From: Eledone cirrhosa
Taxonomy: Eukaryota
Reading direction: 5' to 3'
Assembly (NCBI GenBank): GCA_964016885.1
Contig: OZ024741.1
Location: 219,976,001 to 220,040,000 of the forward strand
DNA: 64,000 nt
Positions 1 to 15,339 of the stretch are shown here, in pieces; the stretch's first letter is position 1, and every line of letters starts with the position of its first letter. The notes below the pieces were generated by a model. The model ran no database searches, was not told the DNA's origin, and was given only the letters and a program-made list of their open reading frames with translations. The translations under genes and the position numbers were made by a program.

Positions 1-8
1 AGGAATAT

Positions 9-2337
9 AAATTACAGAATAATCAAAATTATGTTCAAAACATTTTATTGATGACAATCGTTTCTTCCAAACTTTCGTTTGATACATCGGAGCATTAGCA
101 AAGTTTAGACATATAATTAACTTCTTATTCCACAGAAGAATCGAAAAGATACATATATATTAGTGTTGTCATTAACAGTGTCATATTTAAAGAGTGAAGA
201 TGGTGTGGTCAGTATCAGTGGATGCGACAAAGATTATAAAGGAATAATACAACAATTATAGATGAATTAAAGCAGAAAGTTACTCGCAAAACGAGGATAT
301 AAGCAGTACATATGCTGGCGTATAGAAAGAGTGCAGAGGTATTAGGCATGTACAGAATAACCAGGTAAGAAACAAGCAATGGTACTAAGCATATATATCA
401 CAGTATGGCAAAGGTATCACATAATACAAAACAGGTATAAAAGCATATTAAGCAGACAGAGATGTTTGTGTATGAAAAGTAGTTTCTATGAAGTTTATGG
501 TGGATGTAGTGTGATAATTGTTTCGGTAATCTTCAAATGTGCATGTGTTGAGAGTATTAATATTAAGGTTTTCCTTTCCATCACATTGGGTATATTTTAG
601 TGAATGTTTATCAGTAGTGACAACTATGGATTGTATATTGGTCCTATTACAATCTTATCCAGGGTTCGAGTTGTTCTAGAGTGATCTGTCTAACGGTTTA
701 ATTTCAGGAAGTGAATTAGAGATCTATATTAAGAGGAGTTAATGTGAAAGGGGAGGTAATTTGCGATTAATTTGTATATAATAGAAAAAATGTATAGTTG
801 TTTACAACTGCAATTAGTTAAATTCCATGTGTTAATATACAATACATTATGTTATAAGTGAATCCTTTTATATAATGCTATTTATTTATATATTTAATTT
901 TAAATACAATCTTTTTTCCTATACTACATTTAAGGTCTCATTTTATTACTATCTACCCATATATTAATCAAATGAATAAAATATTAGTAAGCTATAGTAG
1001 TTATATTAAATGGTGGTAACTTTAAGTTTATTCCTAAGAGTTATTGTAGGGTATAAGATTTGAGATAAATAGGAGGTAAGTAGAGGAATGAGCTGATCAT
1101 AGAATGTGATGCTGTGGGGGGTGATTATATGCTGCTAAAATCTAGAGGTGAAGTGTTAATGGTGGTGAGGAATCCAGATCTGACATTGTTATATAGTAGC
1201 AGCTAGGTTTAAAGTTGTGGAAAGAGTGTCGGTGGTAGTGTTGGCACATGGAAAAAATTTCTAATTTTCTATTTAAGAGGTTTAGCTTAGAATAGATTAT
1301 AGTGCGGGTCTCTAGAAGACAGAGGTTACATAATTTATCCGGTGGTTTATACGATGCGGCCTTATCTATTACTTCTCATTGAAGTGTATATGGTCTATTC
1401 TTAGTTTTCAGAGAGTGTATGTAGTTAGATAAAGAAGTGGAGTTGGCTAGATTGCGATTTTTAAAAGTGTGGAGATGTGAGTTATATCTCGACTTGAAGC
1501 AGTTCGAAGTAGAACCGATATATGTTTTGAAGAGTTGTTTGTATTGACTGTGCATGAGTAAATGATGTCTTTGATTAAGCAATTTTTACCTAAGGGGCAA
1601 GTTCTATTTATTCTACAGTTACAGTTATTCTGGTTGTTTACTTGCTGGTTAATATGGCGTGTAGATGCATGGTTGTTAGGGATAGCATTAGGGTAATGAT
1701 GATTATCATTACCATTGTTATTAATTTCCATACTATTATTGCTACTAGAATTCTCTGGTACTATGTTGTTATGTAAGTTCACCCCCTGTTGCGATTTAAT
1801 TAGTTGGAAATAATTATTAATCTTCCTTTTATTACTACTAGCTATATGGTACGTGATGTTAGGTGTGGTAGAGTAAGAGATTTTAATGGTATTTTTATTG
1901 ATAAGATTATGGTATTTCTGGCCGACTGGGAAGTTTTTTCCTAAGATTGAGAAGAAAGCCTTAGGCAAGTTGGTAGAGACGTTTAGATTGAAAGGGGGAT
2001 TGAAAAATATATTAGTTTTTCTATTTTTGTTTTTGTAATGTCATTTGAGGTATTGTTTATATTTCTGTGTATATTATTATTGGGGTGTTTATTCCGGTGC
2101 GAGTTAAGTTTGGTATTACCCTTCGTACTAGAGTTAGAGTGGCTAGTACTTTTATTATTCTTCTTCATGGCCATATTGTGAAAAATAATGTATCTAGGTG
2201 ATTTTATAGGTACAAATTTAATTTCATTTTTATGGCCTGATCTAGCTAAGGCCTCATTATAGTATTGGGAATTACTGTTAAATATGGTTTCATTATATGA
2301 TAAAGTGTTTTGAACGTAGCTTGGATTATTCTGTAAT
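9..2337 (-). mobile_element. 5'-truncated, decayed Penelope-like element (thumb/linker, GIY-YIG endonuclease, long 3' UTR, pLTR); same family as 15764-20363
   Basis: Minus-strand fragments CNCRINRTCPLGKNCLIKDIIYSC, TYIGSTSNCFKSRY and a CNLC motif match 18410-18830. The pLTR with HHR-like core is at ~50-93 (-). A short inverted pLTR piece at 2301-2337 abuts (TA)n. Confidence 0.85.
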
Positions 2338-2350
2338 ATATATATATATA

Positions 2351-3195
<845 letters not shown>

Positions 3196-3703
3196 TTATT
3201 TTAGAAAATATCATATATTTTCACTAGCTATGACAGTTGGCAAGTGAACAGTGAACTCCTGATGAAGGGTAATAAACACCTGAAAGAAGGCCGTCTCGTC
3301 TGTCTAGCCGTAAATAGGAAGCTGTATTTTTCACATTACGTCCCTTGCATCGGTTCGTTATTCTATACGTTTACCGATTCATGTCTATAGGTAAGGGTTG
3401 GCACGAAAACAGAAATTGAATATGAAGAGAGATCGAACACGAGACCTATTGGTTTCAAAGCAAACTTCTTCACCATAGAGTCTTACTGCGTCCATTTCTA
3501 AGAATGTTCGAAGAAATTATGACGAATATACTTCCCAAGACGATCAAGAATCAGTAAGGATTTATTAAATATTTAAATATCTTGAAATATTCACTGTGCA
3601 CCTAGATACCCCACGCTGTGTACCGGAGTTTAAATACCGCTGACCTGCACCTTCCAGTGTATATATATATCTAGTTATCATTCTCATGTGTGTATATGTT
3701 CTG

Positions 3704-3749
<46 letters not shown>

Positions 3750-3910
3750 ATGTGTGTGTGTGTGTGTGTATTTAAATATATATGTATATGTACATACACA
3801 CAAACACATATATATATATATACATACATACATACATATATATATATACTGTATATATATATATATATGTACATATATATATGTATATATATATATGTAT
3901 ACGCACACAC

Positions 3911-4021
<111 letters not shown>

Positions 4022-4475
4022 GTAATTGTGTACAAGGCTATGTTGTGTTGGTGTGTTGATGTGTTGGTGGGTGATATCTCCAGAATCTAGTGAAAGTATT
4101 GTAGTATCATTGGATTCGATATCTTTTCATCTGGTTCATGATAACGTTTAAATTCCGAGTAACATTTCCAGTGGAACAGATACCTGTTTATAATGTTCAT
4201 AGAGTTTTGAATCCTTTGAAATAAAACGATCTTCTCAAGATGTACTGGGAAACCCCCAATACGTGTATGTATTTAGCTTGTTATTCAGATGGGGATTAGC
4301 TAGAAGGTATATCGAAGTGATGCATACACCTGGTCGCTCGCACGCACGCAGGTACAGATACACACATACACGCACACACGCACACACATATATATACATA
4401 CGTGAATATATACACACACACATATATATATATATATAGGGACGCATATGCATGCATATATATATATATATACAT

Positions 4476-4511
<36 letters not shown>

Positions 4512-4916
4512 CAATGATATTAATGAATGGAAACTATATTTATAAAACCGTATTTATTCTATTATATATATTTCAAGGGTTCCAAAACTTTGGTACGTCC
4601 TCATCAGATAAAATACAAAGTTTGTTTCATAAATGTTGACATACCCAGGAATCAGACCTTAACGGTTCAAGAACCGTTAAGGTCTGATTCCTGGGTATGT
4701 CACTATTTATAAAACAAACTTTGTATTTTATCTGATGAGTGCGTACCAAAGTTTTGGTACTTTTGAAATATATATAACAGAATAAATATGGTTTTATAAA
4801 TATAGTTTCCATTCATTAATATCGTTGATAATATACTCCAGAAAAACTTGTCGAGTGCTTCGAATCTGTTATAAATATATTTGTTGAATTACCAACAAAT
4901 TAATTATCCCTTTGCT
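4512..4916. mobile_element. Fold-back pLTR insert with HHR motif
   Basis: Arms centred at 4669-4670. CTGATGA at 4732, GTACC/GGTAC stem, then GAAAT. Right-hand tail. Related to 50765-51218 and 22560-22975. Confidence 0.8.
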
Positions 4917-4940
4917 TATATATATATACATATATATATA

Positions 4941-5445
4941 TTGACTATATGTTGGTTGTTTACCGACACCTCAGTATGCAGATGGAGCACTCGACGAAGT
5001 ACGCAGATTGGTTTGTTTTCTCCGGAGTTATGTAAAATAATTGAGTCAAATATGTAAAATTTGGCTTCGTTTATTATAAATTATAGATATACTGCTATAT
5101 ATATTTCGGTGACAGCCATCATTGGCTGTGACCTCTTCAGGCAGTCCGAATTGGTGTGGGAAAGACACATGTTGTTGAAGTGTATTTTACTCCGTCAGTA
5201 CGTCGATATATCCAGCGCCTGATTGTGTTGTTATTTCTATGATTCCAGTTCCTCAGAGAAATAACAACACAGCCAGGAGCTGGACATATCGATGTATTGA
5301 CGGAGTAAAACACACGTCAACAACATGTGTACCTGTCTTTCCCACACCAATGCCTGAAGAGGTCACAGCCAAAATATATATAGCAGTATATCTATAATTT
5401 GTAATAAACGAAGCCAAATTTTACATATTTAACTTAATTATTTTA
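4941..5445. mobile_element. Fold-back pLTR insert with HHR motif
   Basis: Arms centred ~5248. The minus strand at 5100-5142 reads CTGAAGA-GGTCACAGCCA..TGGCTGTCACC-GAAAT. Tail on the left. Confidence 0.75.
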
Positions 5446-5464
5446 TATATATATATTTATATAT

Positions 5465-5872
5465 ATTGTTATACTTGGGGAGGGTCATATTGTTGTAATA
5501 ATATTGCCAGAAATAATAGTTTCTTATATAGGCACAAGGCTAGCAATTTTGGAGGAGGGGAAAATCGATTAAATCGACCCCTGTTCGCGACTGGTACTTT
5601 ATTTTATCGACCCCGTAAGGATGAAAGTCAAAGTTAACCTCGGTGGGATTTGAACTCAGATCATAAAGGGTCATAACTCTATACTGCAAAGCATGGCATC
5701 CGACCCTCTACCGATACTGCCAATCCCCCACCTAATATTGCCAGAAATCATAACAGAACACACTCACTGTTTGTTTGGTTTTCGCTTCTGTATGACCCTC
5801 CCAAGTATAACAATATTTGTTTCGTCACACGATTTCATATCAAAAACCTTGCAAAACAAATTCATCACCGTC
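5465..5872. mobile_element. Short fold-back pLTR end of the 55093-58622 PLE family, interrupted by a SINE
   Basis: TATTGTTATACTTGGGAGGGTCATA at 5465, its inverse at ~5791-5815, and the same tail as 58581-58622. Another copy lies at ~32080-32290. Confidence 0.75.
5518..5732 (-). mobile_element. tRNA-derived SINE with target-site duplication
   Basis: A-box TGGCAGTATCGGTAGAG and B-box GAGTTCAAATCCC on the minus strand, central GCCTTTCATCCTTACGGGGTCGATAAA-type domain. TAATATTGCCAGAAAT is duplicated on both sides. Confidence 0.85.
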
Positions 5873-6006
5873 ATATATATATATATGTATACATATAAAT
5901 GTACGTTAAGTGTGTGTATGTATGTATGTATGTATGTATGTATGTATGTATGTATGTATGTATGTATGTATGTATGTATATGTGTATGCATGTATATATG
6001 CATGTT

Positions 6007-6047
<41 letters not shown>

Positions 6048-6194
6048 CTGTGTTATTAACGGACGGGAAAATGAGTTTGAAGCGCGAGTGTATTAGAATT
6101 CGTAGAACAATAGGAAAAACTCAAAGCAATGAAGCTGTTCAATCAGCAAAATGCCGTCAATGACAGAGTGGAGTAAAAACCCCAAAACAAAACC

Positions 6195-6421
6195 GGTCAC
6201 TTTCCGACAGGTTTGCGGTAGTACCCTTGGCAGTGGAGACCTCTGGTGTCCTCGGCCCTAGGGCTAACTCCCTACTCACCACCATAGGCGCTGAGCTGGC
6301 CAGCCGCGGGTATGAGCCTCGCGAGTTGGAATGGTTTTTCCAGCGCATCTCCCTTGCCGTCCCCTGGGGAAACGCCTTCTCCATTTTGACCGCCGGCGCT
6401 GTGGGGAGGCCACCAATTTGA
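6195..6421 (+). pseudogene. 3' fragment of a CRE-type non-LTR retrotransposon (restriction-like endonuclease C-terminus)
   Basis: VPLAVETSGVLGPRA...FQRISLAVPWGNAFSIL; GC-rich island homologous to 34620-34780. Confidence 0.75.
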
Positions 6422-7359
6422 TTGACTGACTTGTCATTTGGCCTTGTGCCAAAATTAGAAACAATTAATCCAATAAAAGAGTGTAATCACATCAGTCGAA
6501 AATGTGAATTAAAGTTAATAGAAAAAGCACAGTAAATCATTAATATAATACTAAAATCGATCTTATTTTCGGGATTATATCGCTCAATAATTATCTCCAG
6601 CCGTTTGTTTTTAGTTCAGACCCTACCGAGATAGACTTTGTTACATACCACCCCAGGGTCGCTACAAGAAATAGTAGTCTTATTATTCAAAGGTCGTCTA
6701 AAAACATCTGACTGATAAAATGACAAGTCAAGGTTTGATCTGTATCGATCTAGCCCGACTCGAGTGTTCACCCGGGTGAACCTACAGTAACTCCACGTTA
6801 AACTCCCTGGATATATATATATATATCTTTCGGAATGTTTTTGACTGTTGTTTCATGTAAACAAACATTTATCTCATTCTGACGTCACCGGCCCTGTTTT
6901 TCCACATGTGCGTTTATTTTAATAACCACGCATGATGTTAAACTAGCCTGCTTCTAAATTCCCTTTTTGGCATATTACCAGTGAGACCTTGGTTACCATG
7001 TTGAGCTCTGCTGATAAACGAAATCCAACCGTGACCATCCCCACTGAAAGTTTTCGTGAAATAGTCTTTTCAAGACTATCCAGAGCATTTGAAGTTGTCC
7101 CAAATTGAAGGTTGAGTACTTTAGACTTTGTTTTATCATGAGTTAAGGCTCTATTGATTTTTCCCTGGATTTCTTTAAATTCTGTTGGATAAATCTATAT
7201 CCTGATTCCTTTTGAATTGAGTCTGAATTATTTTTCCCATATCTTATGTTAACTATTTTCCCATTTTGACGCTATAGTCACATATATACTTTTCATTTAT
7301 ATATATATATATCCAGGGAGTGTAACGTGGAGTTACTGTAGGTTATATATATATATAGA

Positions 7360-8019
7360 TTCCTTGTAGTTTAAATAAGATTGGTATTTCTCACTTATAC
7401 CCTTATCCCCCAAAAATATTTTTTTTCCTTCGTTTTTAACAACATTCTTTAATAACATCAAATTTTCGTGTACACTTCACTACCTTCTTGACTTGACCTC
7501 ATTTTCTCCTCCCAATTATTCCCCATCTTTTCATTCAAAGCATTAATCTGAACTCCTCCACTCCTAGATTTAATTTCTACTACTGTTATTCTATCAACTT
7601 GACCTCTAAATCATTTCTATTGGTCAATTCAAAACATGTTCCCAAACAGACTCTTTATATCAATTCTTTGTTTTTTTCAATAAACACATATCATTTCTGA
7701 GGACGGCATGTATATGTGAAGGTATGTATATTTTCTCTGATAATTTGTAATATTTTTACATAGATCTTAAACATGACATACATACCAACACACATATACA
7801 TCCCAGAAACGATCGTAAAATGATGAATGTTTTGATATAAGGAACTTGTTCTTTGTTTTTATTTCATTGTTTTTATTAATTTATCTCGACTCTGTTTTCC
7901 TATGACTTTTATCGTAAATTTTTGAATGCATCTTCTCTTTTTATGATATCTTCTATATTGGGATTACATTGAGTTCTTCATACGGATTGGACACTACCGT
8001 ATATTTTGGTAGATTTATC

Positions 8020-8020
<1 letters not shown>
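7360..8020 (+). mobile_element. PLE 3' UTR/pLTR remnant with extended-stem-II HHR
   Basis: CATTT-CTGAGGA(7697)...GAAAC-GATC-GTA-AAATG(~7822). Tail shared with 41655-41820 and 54310-54470. Confidence 0.65.
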
Positions 8021-8070
<50 letters not shown>

Positions 8071-8077
<7 letters not shown>

Positions 8078-8815
8078 ATAAGAACTGTAGAGCAAATATT
8101 TATTAAAATAACAGATTAAAGTTTAAGCAAAGAATCGCTGCTTTCACCTTTAACGGGATCTTCTGAAACTAACAAAGTCAATCTGTGAACGCAGAAGTAA
8201 ATATTTCAAAAAACGTTGCAACCGGAGGAAAACAGGAAGACGATACTTTGGTTCGTGGAAACGTTCCCTGGCAAAGAACGGGAAAAAACGAATATAATAC
8301 GTCATTATTTGGAGCGGTGAAAAACAATTACACGCAAAGACAAAACCACGTTTATGGTATAAAAGAAGTCGTAGACTATTATTCTATTAGGTGGTTCATA
8401 GAGACGTTCTCTGACAATGAACGGAAAAAACGAAGAAAATATGTCATATGTGGGGCGAGGAGAACAATTGCACGCAAAGACAAAACCACGTAAATGGTAT
8501 AATTGAAGTCGTAGACTAAAATTCTAACTAGGAAACCTAATGATTCTCGGCTTCAGAGTTAAGAATAAAGTAAATCAAATACAGAGTTAATTGAAATTAA
8601 ATAAATACATACACGCATCCATATACGTACATAAGCAAGCATACGCGAAAACACTCGCCATAGGTATACAAATACACGCACGTACACAGAAGAACCCCCC
8701 CCCCCCAAAAAAAAACAACAACAACCCCGCACGCACATATAGAACCCACGCAACGCCTGCACCCGCACGCATACGAATGTATACACCAAATACACATACA
8801 AATATATATTTAAAA

Positions 8816-8848
<33 letters not shown>

Positions 8849-10042
8849 CGTGTATACATATAATTAAATAAACGTATATAAATAAATAAATAAATACGCA
8901 TATAACAAGCGCACACACATACCTACATGTAAATACACATATGTTCGGAGACGTACGTCAACGAAAACACAAAGTACATATATAAACACACCCTACATAC
9001 ATCCGAACCCGCATACTCACACATGCGCAAAACTCACGTATACACATAACTAAAAGCATATGTACCAGAATATATAATATATACGCCATAACATATACAA
9101 ACAAATATACGTACGAGAAAGTATACGTACCTTCACAAAACATAGAGGTAATATATATTTACCTATACAATTAAGTAATGGTATAAACATAAAATATACT
9201 TAGCTACCACATCAAGGCGTAAATTATCCGCGTATAGTTCGTACTATCCGTTAGGGTATAAATTGGGGCTGTAATGCAGGAAAGTTTTGTGCAATTTATG
9301 TTTAGAAGCCGAAATCGCCTCAGATTTTTTTTGTTTAAGATGTGGTCTTTGGCGTAGAGTATTTCCAGGGCCTCAGCGGCGCAGAGGTCACATGGTCTTT
9401 TATTTCCGTTATACGATCTAGCCCTACCTAGTATCTCCCAGTGTAACTTATATTGGATGTGGTTGTCTTTTAGACTCCAGATATAAGCTGAAAGTGACGT
9501 CATATTCCTTCTTAAAGGGTTACGAAAAGAATGGATATGCATGTAAAGACGCTGCTTGAATCTATTGGCGGTTAACCCTATGTAGGCCCTACGGGACATG
9601 GGTGCTTCAACCTTACATTTGTAGACAATGTTACTAGAGAGCCATTTTCCAGATAGGGGGCAGTTAACCCGATTCCTACAATTACAGTTAGTACTAACTA
9701 CAGGGTTGCACGTGTTCCCATGTAATTGTTTTTCACCGGTCCAAATAATGACGTATTATATTTGTTTTTTCCCGTTCTTTACCAGGGAACGTTTCCACGA
9801 GCCAAAGTATCGTCTTCCTGTCTTCCTCCGGTTGCAACGGTTTTTGAAATATTTACTTCTGCGTTCACAGATTGACTTTGATAATTTCAGAAGATCCCGT
9901 TAAGGGTGAAAGCAGCGATTCTCTGCTTAAACTTTAATCTGTTATTTTAATAAATATTTGCTCTACGGTTCTTATATATTTGATATATCTTTATCCTTAT
10001 CGAGCCCTCTTTGGATTTTAGTCTTCAAATTTATTACTATTA
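8071..10042 (-). mobile_element. 5'-truncated PLE (GIY-YIG only) with ~260-bp inverted pLTR arms
   Basis: Minus-strand CNCRNRVNCPL..NIVYKC..RRAYIGLTANRFKQR..CDLCAAE (9300-9700). Arms 8071-8331 and 9721-9981, tail to ~10042, (TA)n on both flanks. Confidence 0.85.
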
Positions 10043-10524
10043 CTATATATATATATATATATATACTTCAACTGGCCTTCGTCAGGATGGTCCCCCCCCC
10101 ATCGCTTGCCTAAAACCGTATTTCTTTGGAGATACGAAATATTTATACATATTGTATAAAACTATGCTTGAAGCGAAACCCTATTTTTTTTTTATTATAA
10201 GTTGAGCCAACTTAGTCAGCTTCATATGCAAATGAGATAAACCACCTCATTTACACAGACGAGAAAAGTATATATTCTCGCCTGTCTTCTAGTCCAGCAT
10301 CGCATGCGTTGGGAGGGACCGTCTTGACGAAGGCCAGTTAAGCCTGAAATACATAGACGGTTGTCCCCCTTGCTTCTGCAGGAGATCACCAGAGGGCGAT
10401 AGCCCTCCGGTCTTTGCATAGCTACGGCTTCCTAAAACCGTATTTCTTTGGAGATACGAAATATTTATACATATTGTATAAAGCTATGCTTGAAGCGAAA
10501 TCCTATTTCTTTTATATATATATA

Positions 10525-10611
<87 letters not shown>

Positions 10612-10620
<9 letters not shown>

Positions 10621-12054
10621 CGTTCCTTCACGCACAAGGCGCCAAGGTACGCATGTATTGTCCAACCAAATGCCAGTGTGGTTCAATGGCGGGTTAATAA
10701 ATTAACGAGCCAGAACAAATATAAACAAGGTTTAGCAAATAATGAAAAAGTTTCAAAATAAATTTTAAAAAATTGACTTTACCTACTATAGTTACCTTTA
10801 CCGATCGGTTTCGAATCCCAAAAATATCTTTGCTACGGCCCTTGATAAACCTGTTTCTTCATCCACTCTCATCCCAGGAACAGTTTTGATAGCGCTAGTT
10901 TGTGATTTAAATTCAGGAATTTTATATTCTTTGAATCAAAAGAACCTTCTGACGAGAATCTTTCTTTGCAACGAAGGCCGTATGGTCTCCGTTTTATTTT
11001 TGGGATTCGAAACCGATCGGTAAAGGTAACTATAGTAGGTAAAGTCAAATTTTTAAAATTTATTTTGAAACTTTTTCATTATTTGCTAAACCTTGTTTAT
11101 ATTTGTTCTGGCTCGTTAATTTATTAACCCGCCATTGAACCACACTGGCATTTGGTTGGACAATACATGCGTACCTTGGCGCCTTGTGCGTGAAGGAACG
11201 TATTTCATATTACTACTACCTCCACTAACGTTGAGAACAAAATTGGTCGTTCTGACTGCTGCTAGCAATAGCTGTGACTAGTTCGACCTACCTCCTTTTG
11301 CCTCTATCTTTGCTACGGCCCTTGATAAACCTGTTTTTTCATCCACTCTCATCCCAGGAACAGTTTTGATAGCGCTAGTTTGTGATTTAAATTCAGGAAT
11401 TTTATATTCTTTGAATGAAAAGAACCTTCTGACGAGAATCTTTCTTTTCAACGAAGGCCGTATGGTCTCCGTTTTATTTTTGGGATTCGAAACCGATCGG
11501 TAAAGGTAACTATAGTAGGTAAAGTCAATTTTTTAAAATTTGTTTTGAAACTTTTTCATTATTTGCTAAACCTTGTTTATATTTGTTCTGGCTCGTTAAT
11601 TTATTAACCCGCCATTGAACCACACTGGCATTTGGTTGGACAATACATGCGTACCTTGGCGCCTTGTGCGTGAAGGAACGTATTTCATATTACTACTACC
11701 TCCACTAACGTTGAGAACAAAATTGGTCGTTCTGACTGCTGCTAGCAATAGCTGTGGCTAGTTCGACCTACCTCCTTTTGCCTCTATCTTTGCTACGGCC
11801 CTTGATAAACCTGTTTCTTCATCCACTCTCATCCCAGGAACAGTTTTGATAGCGCTAGTTTGTGATTTAAATTCAGGAATTTTATATTCTTTGAATGAAA
11901 AGAACCTTCTGACGAGAATCTTTATTAGCAACGAAGGCCGTATGGTCTCCGTTTTATTTTTGGGATTCGAAACCGATCGGTAAAGGTGACTATGGTAGGT
12001 AAAGTCAATTTTTTAAAATTTATTTTGAAACTTTTTCATTATTTGCTAAACCTT

Positions 12055-12060
<6 letters not shown>
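10612..12060 (+). mobile_element. Non-coding 480-bp tandem unit (~2.6 copies) plus inverted arm, one type I HHR per unit (retrozyme-like)
   Basis: Exact 480 period, with CTGACGA at 10949, 11429 and 11909. Inverted partial copy at 10612-10823. No ORF. (TA)n flanks. Confidence 0.85.
10945..11026 (+). ncRNA. Type I hammerhead ribozyme (copies at +480 and +960)
   Basis: Stem I CCTT/AAGG, core CTGACGA, stem II GAATC/GATTC, GAAAC, palindromic stem III ACCGATCGGT, GTA triplet at 11020-11022. Confidence 0.85.
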
Positions 12061-12143
<83 letters not shown>

Positions 12144-12403
12144 TAGATAGATAGATAGATAGATATAACTGTATCGAATTAGACAAACTGAAATTTTCCA
12201 CTCACTCGATGATGTCACGCGACTTGCATTTCCCATGATATCACGCGACTTGCATTTCCTGTCCGTGATTCAGAGCACACACATGTAGTTATAAACGGTA
12301 ATTTTTGGACTAAATGCGGGTGTTACATAAATCACCTCGGACCAAACACAATTCGTTGGTTTCTTACCTGCATCCCGTGCAGCGGAGGACAATTGCTGCA
12401 CCC

Positions 12404-12434
<31 letters not shown>

Positions 12435-13058
12435 CACAGTTCAAGAGTAACCAATCTTAAAGAGAGAGATGGAGATAGGAGAGGAGAAGAGAGATTGGTG
12501 AATTAGTTAGAAGCCAAAGCGTAAAGGCATGTGCTCAATGTGCAATATGCAGTGGAAGGCAGCTAGACCTCTACCGATTAATGATAGAACGGAGGTAACT
12601 ATTAGCTTTCAATATCGACGGGCAAATTCCTTCGCCAACAGAATATTTGACCCAACATAGTAATCTAATCCCACTTTTACTTATAGCTAACATGTTAAAT
12701 AGTTAACCCTAACTTAGATAATTATAAGTTACTTCCCTTACATTGAATCTCACTTAAATTCATTTGCAATTCTTAACTATAAACCACCTACAATTTCTAA
12801 TTTCTCGAGGAGTTACTTCCCCTGAAACCAGCCTCTAATTAGTAAGGTAAATATCTCCTTAGGCGGCCATCTTGTTACCCATAGGCAGATCTCGCCTAAT
12901 GCAGCCTCTACAAAAGAATATTGCTCGCCTATGGCAGACAATAGATAGACCCAGGACACCATAGCAAAATACCAATATATGGAACATTATATTCATGTAA
13001 CCATCTTTCTTTACCTTAATTTATATTCCTTATCAATATTTTCATTATCCCTTTTGAA

Positions 13059-13177
13059 GTTCCGATGAACTGCTCCATTTTTTCCTAAGTTAATTATATT
13101 CATCTGAACCAGATCAATATTGATCTATAATCATTTGATCCAGAAACATTATATGGAGTAGCGAAACAATTGTAAAC
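13059..13177 (+). ncRNA. HHR-like motif (CCGATGA core) in a PLE 3'-UTR-like remnant (~12440-13320)
   Basis: GTT-CCGATGA-ACTGCTCCA...TGGAGTAGC-GAAAC-AATT-GTA-AAC. Confidence 0.65.
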
Positions 13178-13314
13178 GGACATTATTAGTATTATTATTA
13201 TTCCTTACATTCCTTACATTAAACTAAAAACTATGTTGACAATCTTTAAATAATGTTTAAGAAAGGGGCTTTTTTTCAAATATACCTAACTGTACCAAGG
13301 ATCTCACACATTTT

Positions 13315-13350
<36 letters not shown>

Positions 13351-13388
13351 CATATAAATAAATAAATAAATATATATATATATATTTA

Positions 13389-14340
<952 letters not shown>

Positions 14341-14586
14341 TATATTATGTGCTACATCCTTGAAGACGTGATCAAAACCGAACAGAAAGCGGTGGAGGTC
14401 AACCAGAAAGAGAGATTCCTTCAATAAGATTGAGAAGATCATGGACTGGATTGAATATAATTCGTAGTTTGGAAAAGTTGTATAGTTTCGTAATATCAGA
14501 GAGAAGCTTTTCTAGAATATTAAGTATGTATGATATTACATAAATTGTGTTTTGTCAGATTTTGTGTCTGTATGTTGTTATATCAG

Positions 14587-14740
14587 GCGGCGAATTGGCA
14601 GAGTCGTTAGAACGTCAGATAGAATGGTATTGTTTGTTATGTCTCTTTGCTCTCTGAGTTCAAATCCCACCGAGGTCAACTTTTCCTTTCATCCTTTCAA
14701 GGACGATAAACAAGTATTATTCTAGAACTGGGGTCGATTT
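14587..14740 (+). mobile_element. tRNA-derived SINE (diverged)
   Basis: GGCGGCGAATTGGCAGAGTCGTTAGA...TGAGTTCAAATCCC...CCTTTCATCCTTTC. Confidence 0.7.
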
Positions 14741-15339
14741 TTCCTTTATATCTCTTTCTCACTTCCATTCTATCACCCTCTCTCTCTATCCTTCTCTGGA
14801 AGAAATCTGCTGTATTCAGACCTAGAGAGGAGATGAGCTCCGCTAGGTTTAAAGAAATGCCCTAGAAATGCCGTATAGGATGACCCTACGACACCCTCAG
14901 GTGTTACGGGACTATGTCATCTCATATTGTTATTTCAAATGGGTTTTTGTTGAGCTTTGAAACTCTTATAATATTCTCCCACCTTCCAGATAACTGGATT
15001 TGACAATACTCGTCTGAGTAGTTAACATTCTTAGTGAATGCACCGATTGATCTAGGCCCTAGGTCTTTTAGGCGCATGTGTGTGATATTGACACTGATGA
15101 TTTAAATTTTCAGACCTTCATATTGCTTTTTAGGTATCTGATAAAATAAAGGGTGAAATCGTAATGAAAGTGGAAAGGGTGTTTTTGTGTTATCTAATTT
15201 TTATGGTCTTTGGTGGTTAGGATTTCGAGAAATGTTTGATTTGGATGTGATATGAAATTGATGTTGGCACTGCTAACTACTTTATTTTCTATATTGATGT
15301 ACTGATGTACTTATATATATATATATATATATATATATA

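Noticed and set aside
5815-5872. Antisense HHR (GTGATGA...GAAAC) in the tail of the 55-kb PLE family
   Set aside because: No convincing stem II or stem I; the sense-strand core at ~58324 is the better candidate.
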